Shown: positions 36,369 through 49,812, numbered from the whole stretch's first letter. The stretch is DNA of 63,290 bases, filler included, from Perkinsus olseni (GCA_013115125.1; 37 parts of 37 records of this genome joined end to end with filler, not necessarily neighbours in it), one strand, 5' to 3'. Numbers and translations are program-made. Notes: a model not told the origin generated them from the letters alone.

Positions 36369-36893
36369 CCGTCGGACCTTTCCCGCGTACTTGCGGCGGT
36401 GCACGATCACGAAGGGTCGAAAGCCCTTTTCGACGATCTGCGTGAGTGGATCGACTGTCCCGGGCTGGCAGCAGCGTGCCGCGAGTTTGTCCGTACTTGC
36501 GTAGACTGTAAAAAGGGGAAAAGCGTCCCTGGTGATCGCTTTCCGCTTGTCCCATTGCGAGCGATTTCCCGTGCGCCACATGTGTTTGATCGCTTACATC
36601 TCGACATTTGCGGTCCGCACCGTCAGGTCGACCGAATGTCTCGGTTCTACTTTGTATCCGTGGTAGATAGTGCGTCGGGCTTCGCGTTCGTGGGAACGTC
36701 GCTCCACGCGCCGTCGGGTACGATTGTGACGCGTTTGCTCACACAGATAGTAGACACGTTCCTCTGTCGGCCGTTGTTGGTGCAAACGGATCGGGGAAGT
36801 CAATTCCTGTCGAGTGCGTTTGCCACTCTTTTGTCGGAGTGGGGAACGGAGCATGTGTGCACGGCACACAATTCACTCTTGATAATACAGTGA
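36369..36893 (+). mobile_element. Truncated Gypsy-like integrase
   Basis: HDH...CVDC, HLDICGP, QTDRGSQF. Homology stops just before the catalytic E. Confidence 0.85.
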
Positions 36894-36926
36894 ATCGTCG
36901 AGACTCCCTCCTTCTTTCGTATAAGC

Positions 36927-37903
36927 ATGGGGAATCAGTCCAGCAAGCTGACTTTAGAGGAGCAGATGCGTGCCAATAAACGCATGATAAACCGGGCTGT
37001 TAGGGAGCTGGATCGAGAGAGGATGGGGCTGCAAAGGAACGTGAGGCATTTGGGGGAGTTATGGTACGGAGTATCTTGAGGTCAACTTCAGGAACAAAAA
37101 TTAATTACGGATATAAAACAAGCCGCTAAGAAGAATCAGATGGGACCTGTGAAAATTATGGCCAAGGATCTGGTAGCATTGCCTTTGGTCCGCCGAGTGG
37201 GAGAACAGGTGTGCGGTGGTCAGGTCAGGACTCGTCGATACGAGTCGAAGTTTTTGGAGATGAAGTCCCATCTACAGGGGGTTAGTTTAAGGATGCAGAC
37301 GGTGAAGTCGACAGAGGCTATGGCCAGGAGCATGAAGGGATGCACACAGGCTATGGTACTAGCTAGAGGTGTCAGAAAGTCAACGACGATGACATTGGTT
37401 CTAGGCACGCATGAATAAGCAGCTCAACCTGCCGCAGTTGCAGAAGATCATGCAGGAGTTCCAGGACGAGACCGAGAAGATGGGCTTGACGGAGGAGGTA
37501 ATGAGGGTCTTGGAGGCTGCGAACTTGAAATTTCTCGCTTGTCATCTTGCGGAGTGGAAACTACGTTCTCCCAGGTTATGGGTGACACCATCGATGATGT
37601 TCTCGGCGAAGTCGGAGACGAGGAAGAAGAGGAGGCCATTGTGGGCCAGGTCTTAGAAGAGATCGGAGTTGATATGAATGAGGTCTTGGCTAACGCCCCA
37701 GGGTCGGCGTTACCTGCTGGTAGTCCTAGCGTGAGATCCCTAGTTCGATCCTAGCACCCTGCACTTTGGCTCAGGCCAGAAGACTTCAGTGGGAGCTGGC
37801 AAGCAGTCCAAGCAGCAGGCTGTTGCTGAGGGTGCTGCTGCGACTGGTAGACCCACTGGGGGACAGGACAACAAGAAGAATAACGGAGGCAATGACGATG
37901 GCG

Positions 37904-37974
<71 letters not shown>
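36927..37974 (+). CDS. VPS2: ESCRT-III subunit VPS2/CHMP2 (multi-exon, 3' partial)
   Basis: Exons 36927-37040, 37092-37172, 37224-37355, 37405-37497 and 37575-~37719 splice to RAVRELDRER, KIMAKDLVRTR, LQGVSLRMQT, MNKQLNLPQLQKIMQEF, IVGQVLEEIG. Confidence 0.93.
37904..37974 (+). repeat. (AGT)n microsatellite
   Basis: Perfect trinucleotide run to the contig end. Confidence 0.95.
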
Positions 37975-40900
37975 NNNNNNNNNNNNNNNNNNNNNNNNNN
38001 NNNNNNNNNNNNNNNNNNTTAATTAATTAANNNNNNNNNNNNNNNNNNNNNNNNNNNNNNNNNNNNNNNNNNNNTTTGGGGTTTGTTTTTTGCTTTTTAT
38101 TTTTTTTTGGGCCCCTCCTGGCGCCCGGGGGGGCGGGGGGTTGGGGGGCCCCGGGGGGGGCCCACCCCCCCCGGGGCCCCAAAACAATACCCTTCCGTGG
38201 TTCAAATTTGCGCATAACACCGATCTCAAATGCCTCGTAAGTTCCGAAGAATTTCCCTCAGTTCTAGCTTAAGATGTCGTTCTTAAGGTTAGTTCCCTTA
38301 CACTCAAGGATGAGGGACTTGTGGAACGTTCTTTGTCTAACAAACTGCTGCCGGTTGAGCTTCGATTCGGAGCCTCCGATGAAGACACTGTGGAGGGCAA
38401 CATGTTGCGCGTAACGTAAAAAAGCAATCCGCCCCGGAGTGGATCGTTGTGCGACATTTTACACCACCGTCGGTTCGGTTCCTGGTAGCACTCCTGCGTT
38501 GGAGGATTCGCTTGGATTTGCGGCACCCCAGCGGATTTCATTGAGGAAATGCGCGGACATGATTTTATGCGCAATGAGCTTCACCACAAATTCGCAGTAC
38601 TTCAATGAAATTATCTGTTAGAGCTAGTTGCAATTGCTAGTTAAACGCTAGCAACAAAACCACTCGCGAGGTCATCCCACTGGGATGTCATGATTGTCGT
38701 GATGGCGGACGTGAGCTCGACTCAGCCCTTAACTCCCTGGCTGTGAAGGTAGGATACTAGAGGTCGCTGACTCAACCCAGAGGGCAGTTCTCTCTGGTCC
38801 TTCTAAGCAGTGGTGGTCATCGCTTGCAGGTGCCTGCTGCGAGCACAGGTTACGGCTCGGTTGCTGGCTTTGACACGGATGAATATCGGACGGGTCAGGC
38901 CCACGCGCTGCTCACACTCCCAGCATCTGCACTATGGAAATTTCATCTGTGTGTCAGTCTAAAGTCCAACGCCGTCACCTGCTTGGCAAGAGTAGATGTG
39001 ACGACCACTTGGCGATGAGCTCAAGTCATCAGTCATCATGCGGACTCCTCGTGAAGGAGACATTTCGTGTATGTCTCGTCTGCGTTACGGCATTTTCGAC
39101 TGAACGCATCTACGAAGTTTCTACGTTGCACCATAACCATCAACAGCAATTGAGTGTAAAATTCATCCATCTTTTCGAGCGGTGCGTTGAGGTAAAGTGA
39201 GAGTCGGCTGTGTCTCGGAAAGCAGCTCCTGGTAAACGTCGTTAACGTGGTAGTCGAACAAGGTGACGGGTGACGGGTGTCGTTCCGTTCGCACGGCTAT
39301 TATCAAACTTCGTCAGGATATGGTCGGACCATCATGGTCCTCGTGCTTTGCAGACAATATAGGACTTACGCTTCAAGATACCGTCCACTCTGCTTGGCGT
39401 GGGTCGGGTACACTTGTCGCCAGACATCCCAAACATGCTACTCGCGCATGGCCATGGCGCTCGCCTTTGTGTAATTGGGACATTCTATGCGTTTCATCTT
39501 GCATGTTCATTGTTGAAACCGTTAAACGTTCATTGCTGTTCCTAGCAAAAGTTTCACTCATAACATGAAAGTATGGGGTTTAGGGTTGTAAGGCATATCA
39601 TTTGTCCTCCTGAGGGTGCAGTTGGCGTTTCATAGTTGAAGGCTTCACTCCTGTTCTGCTAAGTAATGTTCGTCTACACCNNNNNNNNNNNNNNNNNNNN
39701 NNNNNNNNNNNNNNNNNNNNNNNNTTAATTAATTAANNNNNNNNNNNNNNNNNNNNNNNNNNNNNNNNNNNNNNNNNNNNCGGGACATGCATGCATTAAC
39801 TTCCCTGAGCCTCTCGAACGCAGAGGGTTTCTAGAATGGACGGTCGCCTGCCGGCGGCAGGCTGCCGCCTTCGTTGTGCAGTAAAAAATGCTTTCCAGCG
39901 ACTACACCCCACAGAAACGAACGCAGAGTCTGCGCCGCAGACCCTTCCGCGAATCTTCATGATGATCATCGCACGTTCAGATGGCTGAATTTATGGTGAC
40001 CATTCCCCACTGATTGGGGCCCACTCGTAGCACAGCATACGCCTTTCTGAATTCATCACATCATGATCTACATCATTATCATCTACTCAGAACCGCTCAG
40101 CTATGTAAAGGACTCAATCGGAGGCGATCTCACCGAATCCCGATACACTACGCAGATGTGCGCACGGTGGGGTGAGTGAGGCGGTATATCTTGAAAAAAC
40201 TTGTTTGTTCTACTCACGACGGGGGTTAAAATAAGACTTCTCTTAGCTCTGTAACTACGCTGGTTGCCGAGTTGCGTGCGGGAGGGTTAGACGCATTGAA
40301 AAACGCGTTGCCGCTTAGAAATACTCCGAGATATACAGCCGAGAGTGGTTTAAGGGTCGCCTGATAGGAGTGTCTCCTCCCCGGCTGATCGATTCGCGAC
40401 TTGAGCTCTTTTCCCATTGTATGTTACGCAAGGTCGCGGACGAAGAGCCGGGATTTTACAGTTGTTTTGTATGAACGGTTCGTCATGAATTGTTCTAGCA
40501 TTGAATTGCCGCCCGACAATGGCGGCAATGGCCGGCTTCTCTTCTTTGCTTGAAGTCGCCCTACAGAGGGGCTCAGCAAGTGCTCTCACGAGCTATGCGA
40601 TTCCATCTTGATCGATTTTGTTGATATGCTATTATTGACATTTCTGTTGGGCTTTTGCTCGCATAGCGGGCCGTCCGGTTTTTGTGGCTTTAGCCCTGCC
40701 TCTCGTCGTGGTCTGTGTGCCGAGGCTAGTGCGGTCATTAGCTCTAGCTCAGCATATCTGTTCGTAGCTTGAAGTTACCATTGCCTTGCGCAAGTCGGCG
40801 TCAACTTGACGGGAAATATGATCAAGTTGATGTCCGGAGTACTCGTGATATCACCAGAATCATAACCCAGCTCGACCCTCTGTCCTTTTCCGCTTGAGTG

Positions 40901-41485
40901 TGGCTACGACGACCCGACTGTTCTCGTCTCATTTGTAACCGATCGAAGCTCTCCCTCTAAATCTTGCGGCGCGAGTCGTGCTGTACCTGGCGCATTCCCA
41001 ACGTCTGTCAACACAAAGGGCACCGCCAGCCGCCACGCTAGAAACATAAAAAATTTTCTTTAAAACATGTTGTCCGATTGCTCTTTCGCGCTCTCGACGC
41101 TATTTAGATGGATGCCAGTACAACCCTGCAGTCGGACCGAGCCCCGTACTGACATAAGGGGTGCTTATTACGTACCAATTTTTCCCGCTCCAGTTCGGAC
41201 CAATTTCGGACTTGTGTGAATAGTGGGGCACTCTTAGTTGGGGTACACAATTCCTGCAATCTCGCGTCCCCCAAATTCTCAAGCCTTGCCCGTACGAGCC
41301 ACATCATCGCGGCATCTCATTTCACCCATCAAAATCGCCCATAAAATAAAATCTCGGCCCATCCAGTCTCACTTCTTCCATACATNNNNNNNNNNNNNNN
41401 NNNNNNNNNNNNNNNNNNNNNNNNNNNNNTTAATTAATTAANNNNNNNNNNNNNNNNNNNNNNNNNNNNNNNNNNNNNNNNNNNN

Positions 41486-43034
41486 CTGGCTGACGTTGTG
41501 GAGTAGGTCTTAGCGAGTACTGTTTACCAGTCGTTGCCTTAGAGCTATCCTCTCCTTTACTACTGCTGGCTATGGCACTGGCAGTAGCAGAAGGTCCTGA
41601 AGCAGGCGTCTTCTCGGAGTGACTCTTAGAAGAAGCCGGGGAGGCTTTATTAGTATCAGTACCTTGCCCACGCTTCCAGCAGTGCTCTGGCTTATGAAAG
41701 ACTTCTCTTTCACAGTATTTGCACCACTGCTTCTGGCGTTCCTTCTGATGGTGAGAACCGCCTATGGATGCAGAGTCAGACTTAGTTGGCTTAGCACCCT
41801 TACCATTATTCGATGTAGTAGTCGCAGAGGTCTGGTTCTCCTTCTTGGACTCTTGGTTATTAGAAGTACCAGACTGGTTGCTAGTGGAAGTACTTGATCT
41901 GTCCCACGGGAAATCAATAGACATACCGATGTTAATGTTAGTGATATCGGAAATTACATCTCTGTAAGTCAGATCTTCAGGTCTCTTATTCTTCCTCCGT
42001 GAACTCTTAGTATAAGCCGAAGACAAGGTAGGAGAGACGTTGGAGATGAAATGCACTATCCGATCATATTCGGACGGAGCATCAATACCTGCCCAATCGC
42101 AAGTGAGCGACAACTTCTCGAAGCGTTGTCGTTCATTAGCCACATACCCTTCGAAAGTCTCACTTTTCCCTTGCTTTACAGCAAGCCAGTCAGTCTTCAC
42201 TTTCTTGATGTTGTTTCCTTCAGAAGGATTGACACCAACATAAAGAATACCAATTCTAAGAAGCACACCCCACTCGCTGATCGTGATCTCTTCTTTATCA
42301 TCATGACCATGTACTACATCTTCTTCATCGACCTCCTCCTTCTTGCTTGGGTCAAGTGCTGCTCCATCCTTATCACCGTCCTTCGGATCAGCCACCTCTG
42401 CAGAGGTCTCCTCGCCCTTGGACGGGGATTCTGCTGCAGAAACAGCCGGTGCCGGTGTAGCAGAAGTAACTTGTTTTGCTGGGGGTTCTCGGACACAAAA
42501 GTTCAACCTAACGGCACCGGGACCATTCTCTAGCTCAATATCAGAGGGAACAATTTGAGAATTAACGAGGCTGTACCCTTCGCCAGATTCTAGTGTTCTC
42601 AGAAAGGTTGAACACTCTTTCTCGCTAGAGGCAAAATAGGTACGTAATACATCTCGCGCTCGCTGTTGCTTAACCTTAGAATCGCACCGCTTCTCCATCG
42701 TGTAGAAAAACACGAAGGTAGCAAGTGGCACATCTAGGTTATAGGCAACTTCTAGAATTCTCAATATCGAGGAACTCTCCGCATAAAACTCAGAGCCAAG
42801 AGAAGCATCAGTCCACGCTTTGATGTCATCGGTCTCTACGTTCCTAGCAACACTCTCCGGAGAATACTGCCAGGTGTTAAATGAGAAAATATGATACCGA
42901 GTCTCATAGTTCAAGAAACCACCCAATATATAGCACGCCGCAGAAGGAATTCTTGGTCTCATTCTAGACAAGTCAGAACCAATAGCATTCAGGTTGTTGA
43001 AAGCCCAGTCGTATCCTGTACTAGAATTAGCCAA
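41486..43034 (-). mobile_element. gag: LTR retrotransposon Gag (partial)
   Basis: KQGKSETFEGYV major-homology-like motif and zinc knuckle CKYCEREVFHKPEHC. Confidence 0.75.
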
Positions 43035-44435
43035 CTCGACTCCACCTTTCCGCCTCGGAATAGTATCACTGTATAATGAGGTATTAGANNNNNNNNNNNN
43101 NNNNNNNNNNNNNNNNNNNNNNNNNNNNNNNNTTAATTAATTAANNNNNNNNNNNNNNNNNNNNNNNNNNNNNNNNNNNNNNNNNNNNGAAACTATTTGG
43201 TTATGATACTGTTACTCTATGACAAGTATCACGTTATGGACTTTATGCGCTGTCTCCATGTTGGAGTTTTTAGAGTCGTTGGTAGAGACGTCAAGGCTCG
43301 GCACGCCTATGCGTACACATGAAGTTGATCGATCTTTACGAGAAAGCTTTTCTTGTAGTCGCCTCTCTTCATTTATCGGGCGAGCCCATATATGACATAT
43401 CTCTCTCCGGCCTATCGTGTTCGTCAATCGGGGACTGGTTCTAAAGGGTGGTTCACGAGGGTGTGAGCGATTTCAAAGTGTTATTTCTTAGTATTGAGTG
43501 AGCATCAAATCATGAAATTTTATGAGGAGCTGCTAGACATCATAAAGAACTAATTTGTCAAGTTTCGCGGAATTTCGTGGCGCGTGACGGAAGCTATTGG
43601 ACGAAACGTATGCCAAGTAACGGGCTAGCTCAGCCGCGATTTTTCGATTCCCCCGAAAGTTGTCGATACCACCTTTTTCGGGGACCCTGATTCTCATTGC
43701 AGTCTCCGTTTTTCGATTTTCGCAACGCAATTATGGTTATCAATGAGAAACACTTCCCCAGCTGATCTGAGGGTCACACGAACGGGTCATGCAAAGTCAG
43801 TCATGTACTACTTTTTTTTACTTCTGCAACTGGCGTTCGAAACCACGTTCATGGGAATGGGGTTTAGAGTTTCTTAAACTGGCTCTGGAACCAGATCCGA
43901 TTCTCGCACTCATCCTTTAAACGCGATTCTATCAAAGCCAGTTCTGAAACCAGTTCCAGTTTCCGAATCTCCAGACGGTCGTTTACTGAACGACCCAAAA
44001 GACGTGGCTCGTGATTAGGCTCCTTAGTGAGTTAGTTAGTGTGAGTCGAGCCTCGTTGTTGATGCCAGTCCCCCCGCCCGTGTATGACGTAAACTGGACT
44101 AGGATTCACGAGCTGTTGCAGAACAGCGATGCTCTTGTTAAAGAGGCAGTGAGCCCACTGGAGGCGCCGGCAGACTTGTGGACTAACGGACGACATGTTC
44201 TTGACGGGACATTTCACTTCGTGCTGGTCGTGGTAAGCGTTGATGGATGGGCCTCTTTCGTATCTTCCACGCTGCAACATAAGATTCACTCTCAGGTGCT
44301 GATCGGCTCAGTGATACTTTCAATCGTCGCATTTTCTCGTAGACTGGACATGCCTGCCACCCATGCAAAGTGATATTAGTCTACAGGAGCTCGTCGCGTT
44401 GCGTTCATCTCGATCGATTCTTCGCCGTTGATTGA

Positions 44436-44688
44436 AACGTTCCTTCATACATCGAGCTGTGCATGGTACATTCAGCCTCGTCTTTCTGCTCAATGGGCTT
44501 GCACGCCCAACACACAATGGTGTCTTAAACCCTCTTCACCGCATAACTAGGACTTGCCATCTGACACTATTCCGAAGCACCATGAACTAAGTTGCATTTT
44601 CTCTAAGATAAATAATATCTATTAGAACGTTCCTCTATACGTCGAGCAGTATATGGTACATTCAGCCGCGTCTTTCTTCTCGAAGGGC
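44436..44688 (+). repeat. Diverged ~60-bp direct repeat, 190-bp period
   Basis: aacgttcct...tcgagc...atggtacattcagccNcgtctttct at 44436-44498 and 44626-44688. Confidence 0.75.
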
Positions 44689-44891
44689 GCCGCCGGCTCA
44701 ATCCCCCCTTCATTCTCATTTCTTGCCCTATCAACAAGGCCCCAGAAAACTCGTGACGCTGCATGGGGTAGCGCCCTGCCTAGTTACTGTTNNNNNNNNN
44801 NNNNNNNNNNNNNNNNNNNNNNNNNNNNNNNNNNNTTAATTAATTAANNNNNNNNNNNNNNNNNNNNNNNNNNNNNNNNNNNNNNNNNNNN

Positions 44892-46358
44892 GAGTTGTGC
44901 ATTGTCAAGAAGGCACTCAAGAATGGGCTACTGATTCAACCGACAACGCCTTCTTTGGCTGAGTATGCTAAGATGAGTCATGAGCTGAGGTTGGTCGACG
45001 ACACTATTTTTTGGGCTCGTGATCCGAGCGATCTCTTACCGGTTATTCCCCACTCCCTCTTGGAGGTGATCATCAACCAGGCGCACGCTGTTGGCCATAC
45101 TAATACGCAAGCTACAGTAGAAATGCTCCGTAAAGTGTGTTACTTTCTGTGGATGTGGAGGAGTACCCATGAGATTGTCATCAGATGTCCTAAGTGTGCT
45201 CTTAATGTACGGCCCGATCCAGTACTGCCTATGCAACAGGTGAATCGAGCCTCAGCGCCGTGGGAAGTTTTGCATATCGACATCGTCTCCTATGGGCCAG
45301 CGTATTTTTTAACGATTATTGACTCCTTCAGCAAGTACTTGCTGTGGGAGTTTCTCCCATCTACGAAATCAAGTTGGATTGCGACTATGTTGATGCGCTG
45401 TTTCATTAAAATGGGGCCCCCCGGGATGTTAATAGCAGATAATGCAAGAAACCTGGGGGCCCCGGAGGTTGTGAAGGTGCTAGAAGACTTTGGAGTGAGA
45501 TTGAGGAGAAGCTCGGAGTATTATCCTAAGGGTAACTCTATAGCTGAACGAGTACATCGAACCTTACACCATCTAGCTAGAGCGTTCTCCCTAAGGACAC
45601 CCAACGACATTCGCCGAGAAGCAGGGAAGCTGGTCTATGTCTACAATAGTCGTCCTCATAAAGCATTGGGTAATAGGAGCCCTTTCATGGTGTTATTTGG
45701 TCGCGATCCTTATGTAATGAAGTCTGGCCGGTATGATCTACATGAGCTGTACTCTATATGGGATGATGTCCGTACTCAACAAGCATGGCAACATCGTAAT
45801 AATAAGGTCTATTATGATCGTCGTAATCGGGCCCAGGAGAGAAGTGGTGTCGATTATTGTGAAGGTCGTAAGGTGTTATTGTACACTAAAAGAGTTGGTG
45901 GTATGGGTGTTGACCATAAGCTATCTGATGCCTGGCAAGTTGGTTGGTGGATTTTGAATTCTCCTTCCCCCAAGCATCCTAACACCGTAATCATCACTGA
46001 TGGCAAGTCCAAGAGATTGGTTAATTTGAGATATGTGAAGCTCGATGAGCTACGCCATCCTCATGGGAGTGCTATCCAAGAGATTCCACGAGAGGGTGAG
46101 CTCGAGCCAAGATCATCGTGTCCGACATATGAGGCTGATATCGAGTCGATTAAAGCTAATGAAGAAGTTCAACGAGAAGGCGTTCAGTTGCAAGTAGATG
46201 AAGCACGAGAAGAAGGTTTTAGATTTTATGAAGATGAAGGCCAGCAGCAGTTACGAAGAAGCCAGAGAGTTAAACGTCCAGTCCAGCGATTGAGTTTCGG
46301 CCTGCATAATAGTAAGCGCTATGATGAAAAAGTTGTTCCACCATATAGAGCTAAATGA
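44892..46358 (+). mobile_element. pol: Gypsy-like integrase (pol C-terminus)
   Basis: HAVGH...CPKC, HIDIV / ADNA / IAERVH, SPFMVLFGR. Confidence 0.9.
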
Positions 46359-46394
46359 CGAACTTTGGTTCTTTCTTTGTGTTCGCCTCTCTCT

Positions 46395-46487
46395 GAAGAA
46401 GAGGGGGGAATAGTTGTAGGATGAGTACACAATATGAGATCTAAGCTGTCCCCATTGTGATGTTCGTATCATAGCTAAGCTAAGTAC
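46395..46487 (+). mobile_element. Polypurine tract and start of 3' LTR
   Basis: GAAGAAGAGGGGGGAATAGT followed by TGTAGG at 46415. Confidence 0.75.
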
Positions 46488-46660
46488 NNNNNNNNNNNNN
46501 NNNNNNNNNNNNNNNNNNNNNNNNNNNNNNNTTAATTAATTAANNNNNNNNNNNNNNNNNNNNNNNNNNNNNNNNNNNNNNNNNNNNTCCGTCGAGTTCA
46601 AAGGGTGGCGAGATTCCTGCTGTTTCTAGTGAACGGCCTGGTCAAGCCGGGAACACTACA

Positions 46661-48180
46661 TTGGTACCCGATGCAGGATTTCTTGCTCTTACTGGTTCTG
46701 AACACCGACCGGCGGGTGACTCAAGTGAAGGTAGTGCTTCTTCGGCCCGGAGTGAGTTTGGCAAAGCGGTTGGGCTCGATGCCAAACTCATTCATCTGCT
46801 GAGGCCAGAAGAAGTGGAAGCTCTTGTGGCTAAAGTTTGTGGTGAGGATTTGGACAAACGATTACGGCTTCGATTCTTGTATCAGTCGGCGTTGACTGAG
46901 GTCCCTGCTGTTGCCCCTGTCCAGGTGAATGTCCCCCATGTTACTTCTCGGTTGGACTATGCTCGGTACCATAGACCACTTCCCACGCCTGGTGTTGGCG
47001 GGAGAAGCGATAATGGATGCGGTTCCAGTATTCATGATCTATGCTTGGAGCAAAGTTCCGGCGCTGACGACTCTGTTAGCATCAAATCGGTAGGAATGGT
47101 CTCTACTTTGCCCATCCCTGGTGGCGGTCAGTGTTTCAATGGCCGTAGTGATTCTAGGTCTGTATCATATTTCTTAAGAGAGTGGCTCCAGATGTGCCGA
47201 CTATATGGTTTGTCGACAGCTAACTGCTGGAGGTATCTCTTGAGATGTATCAGCGCTGGTGTACGATCAGAGCTGATGGATAGCTTAGAAGATAAAGGTT
47301 TTCTTGTCTCTGCTTCTGTCGAGCAGAGGCTGCAACATGCTGAAATGTTCCTGAAAGGTGCTTACAGTATCACCGATGATACTGTACGGTATCGTCAAAG
47401 GCTTGCTCAGGTTAAGCAGAAGTCCAATGAGCTTATTGGAGAGTATATCGGTCGTCTAAGGGAATGCTTAGCTGAAGGACGCTGTCTAGGTATTAACATC
47501 TCCAATGACGAGTTGCTTGATAAATTTGTTCGTGGTTTACGGCAGAATTATCAGAAGGCTGTGAAGACTATCTATGCTCACATTCGTGACACTAATGAAT
47601 TGTGTAGTGTGCTGACTCTGTGGGAGGCATCCAACGGTGAGAATGCTACTGTTAACTCTCTAAGCGTTGATGATGACTCGGTTAATGCAGAAGCTCCTCA
47701 AGTATTACAAGCTGCTCAGGCTCAAGGAAGCTCCCAGAGAGGGAAGGCCCCTATGAGGTGTTGGCACTGTAACATGGTTGGCCATATGAAGAGAGACTGT
47801 GAGCTCTGGAAGGCGAAAGTGAGATTCCAGACCGCCCAAACTGCTCTTGTCAATACTGGGAAGCCTGTATCCTCTCCTCCTGTCAGTGCTCCTCAACCTC
47901 AAGGCCAGATTGTGACTACTCCATCGTCGACGTCTGGAGTCGGTGGTAGTGCGGTTGGGCAAGGGGCTGATCGACTCCCACCAAATACTGCTTCCCAGGA
48001 CTTTGAGAAGGTCTCTGTCATCTCGGCTATGGTGAGTGGTAAAAGGCACTGTATGGTGGACGTGATTATCCGTCAGGAGCCGCGCCGCTCACCATGGGGT
48101 GCCAAGGTTGCTGCGCTGTTGGATACTGGTGGACAGGGCACTGCGTACATCAACGCGGACTTGTACCGTGCTATCAAGGG
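46661..48180 (+). mobile_element. gag: Gypsy-like Gag plus start of aspartic protease
   Basis: KQKSNELIGEYIGRL, CCHC knuckle CWHCNMVGHMKRDC, protease motif ALLDTGG. Confidence 0.9.
46662..46680 (+). promoter_or_regulatory. tRNA primer-binding site after the 5' LTR end (...TACA at 46660)
   Basis: TGGTACCCGATGCAGGATT is complementary to a tRNA-shaped 3' end AATCCTGC-ATCGGGT-A-CCA and lies directly upstream of gag. Confidence 0.65.
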
Positions 48181-48331
48181 NNNNNNNNNNNNNNNNNNNN
48201 NNNNNNNNNNNNNNNNNNNNNNNNTTAATTAATTAANNNNNNNNNNNNNNNNNNNNNNNNNNNNNNNNNNNNNNNNNNNNCGTAGGTGCGGTGTAGCTGT
48301 GTATACAATATGTGGATCACATTCCTGAGCA

Positions 48332-49261
48332 TTAGCCAGGGAAGCTGGCTGGGAAAGAGTGCTGAAAGAGTGCTAGATCAGTAGGAAGAGTGCCAGCACT
48401 CTTCCTAGAAAGAGTGCTGGCAACGGGTATAGAGTCCTCAGCTGACCAGGTTCTCCCAATCTGCACCGTCATGTCTATTATAGTTTGCACAAACCTCAAC
48501 ATTGGCTTGGCCCGATGTGTTGCAAAGCCCACCCCCGGAACGTTGGAGGTCAACCTTATGCAAGCATCAGTGAGCCGTTTCTTCTGTGAGGGGGTGAGCC
48601 TCGCCGCCTCTTGGACACCAGGATACTGCGTTATCTTAGCCTGTGACCGGGAGCCCAGTGAGCACTCATGCTTAACCATGGATGAAGTATTACCATCAAC
48701 GTTCGACACCACGACCAGGCAGTCCCTACATACCTCAACATCTTTGCAGACGAGTCCAGTTAACTTGCAGTCAACCAACCGAAATCGCTCCCATACGTCG
48801 CTTCTCGAATGAGGCTTAGGCTTGCCCACGGAGAAGCGTTCAGTGTCAAGAACGTGACCGAATGGGGGCGCAGTAGGAGCAGTTTCGGTTGTCTTCTTGC
48901 TTGTTGTTGATTTTCTTCTAGCCTTAGTTATGGAAGACGAACGGGCAGTAGCCGATAGGTCTACCACTGGGGTCGCTAAGCTCTCTCCTCCGATCTTGGG
49001 CTCAGCCGTCAACGTCAATCTCTGCTGTTTAGCAACCGGCGTTGGCTTTGTTGGCCCTGACTTCCTTTTCTCACGGCCTGATGGTGCTTGTCGTAGGGCA
49101 GTATCAGAACCGGATAGGCTCAGGCGTTTAACCGGAGCAGACCCACATGACTTTGAGCGACTAGCTTGAAAGGAGGAGTCAGAGTCAGAGGATGAGGCAG
49201 AAGATGAGTCAGAGGACTCGGGGGAGTAGTCCTCGTCCGACGAGTGCGATGAGCTTGGCAT
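48332..49261 (-). pseudogene. hAT (Ac/Hermes-like) transposase N-terminus, disrupted
   Basis: BED finger RSDVWERF...CRDC...GNTSSMVKHEC and a Hermes-like DNA-binding/dimerisation region ending IPVASTLSR. A palindromic insertion (~48380-48420) then leads to a stop. Confidence 0.78.
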
Positions 49262-49569
49262 TTAGAGAGTCTCTAATAGAGACTTAACTGGCGATCTGTC
49301 TCTCATGATTCATGAACGCTCAAGATTCTTGAGTCAAGAAAGAGCTCTTGCTGCTACGCGAAGAAACGGCCGGATACTTGAAATCTTGCTCTCTTGTACA
49401 CTCACTGACGGCGAAGCGACGCAGTCGAGATGTGCACGAGGATCGTCTCGTCTCGCTGGTTCCGAGCGAGGCGGGACGAACGAGCGACGACAATTGGCTT
49501 GACTCGCGAGCCGAGCCGCGAGGCTCGGCTCGCGTGAATCGAATGGCATGGTTCGAGTCGCGTAGAGCA

Positions 49570-49812
49570 AGTTTTGCTAAAGTAAGCATTGGCGAAGGTA
49601 GCATCCAGAGAGGTACATATAGTTATGAGTAGATCGAAGAGCTCCTCACCATTATTTAACCTCCTGTCCTCCATTGTACCCCTTTGCAGCGCTGCATTGA
49701 ACGACTCCGAGATATTGTTGTCCAACCGCAAGCATATAAACCGGCCGCAGGACATAGGAACCAAATAGGATGCCCCGTAGTATCGAGTATCACATGATAC
49801 AGTACCCGCCAT
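49570..49812 (-). pseudogene. MULE transposase fragment
   Basis: LDNNISESFNAAL matches LDNNVSESFNAVV in the MULE at 55015-56593. Confidence 0.65.

Noticed and set aside
38075-38185. G/C-run block encoding Pro/Gly-rich ORFs, or a G-quadruplex
   Set aside because: It is homopolymer-rich sequence at a contig edge, likely low quality or a transposon hairpin. No reliable coding signal.
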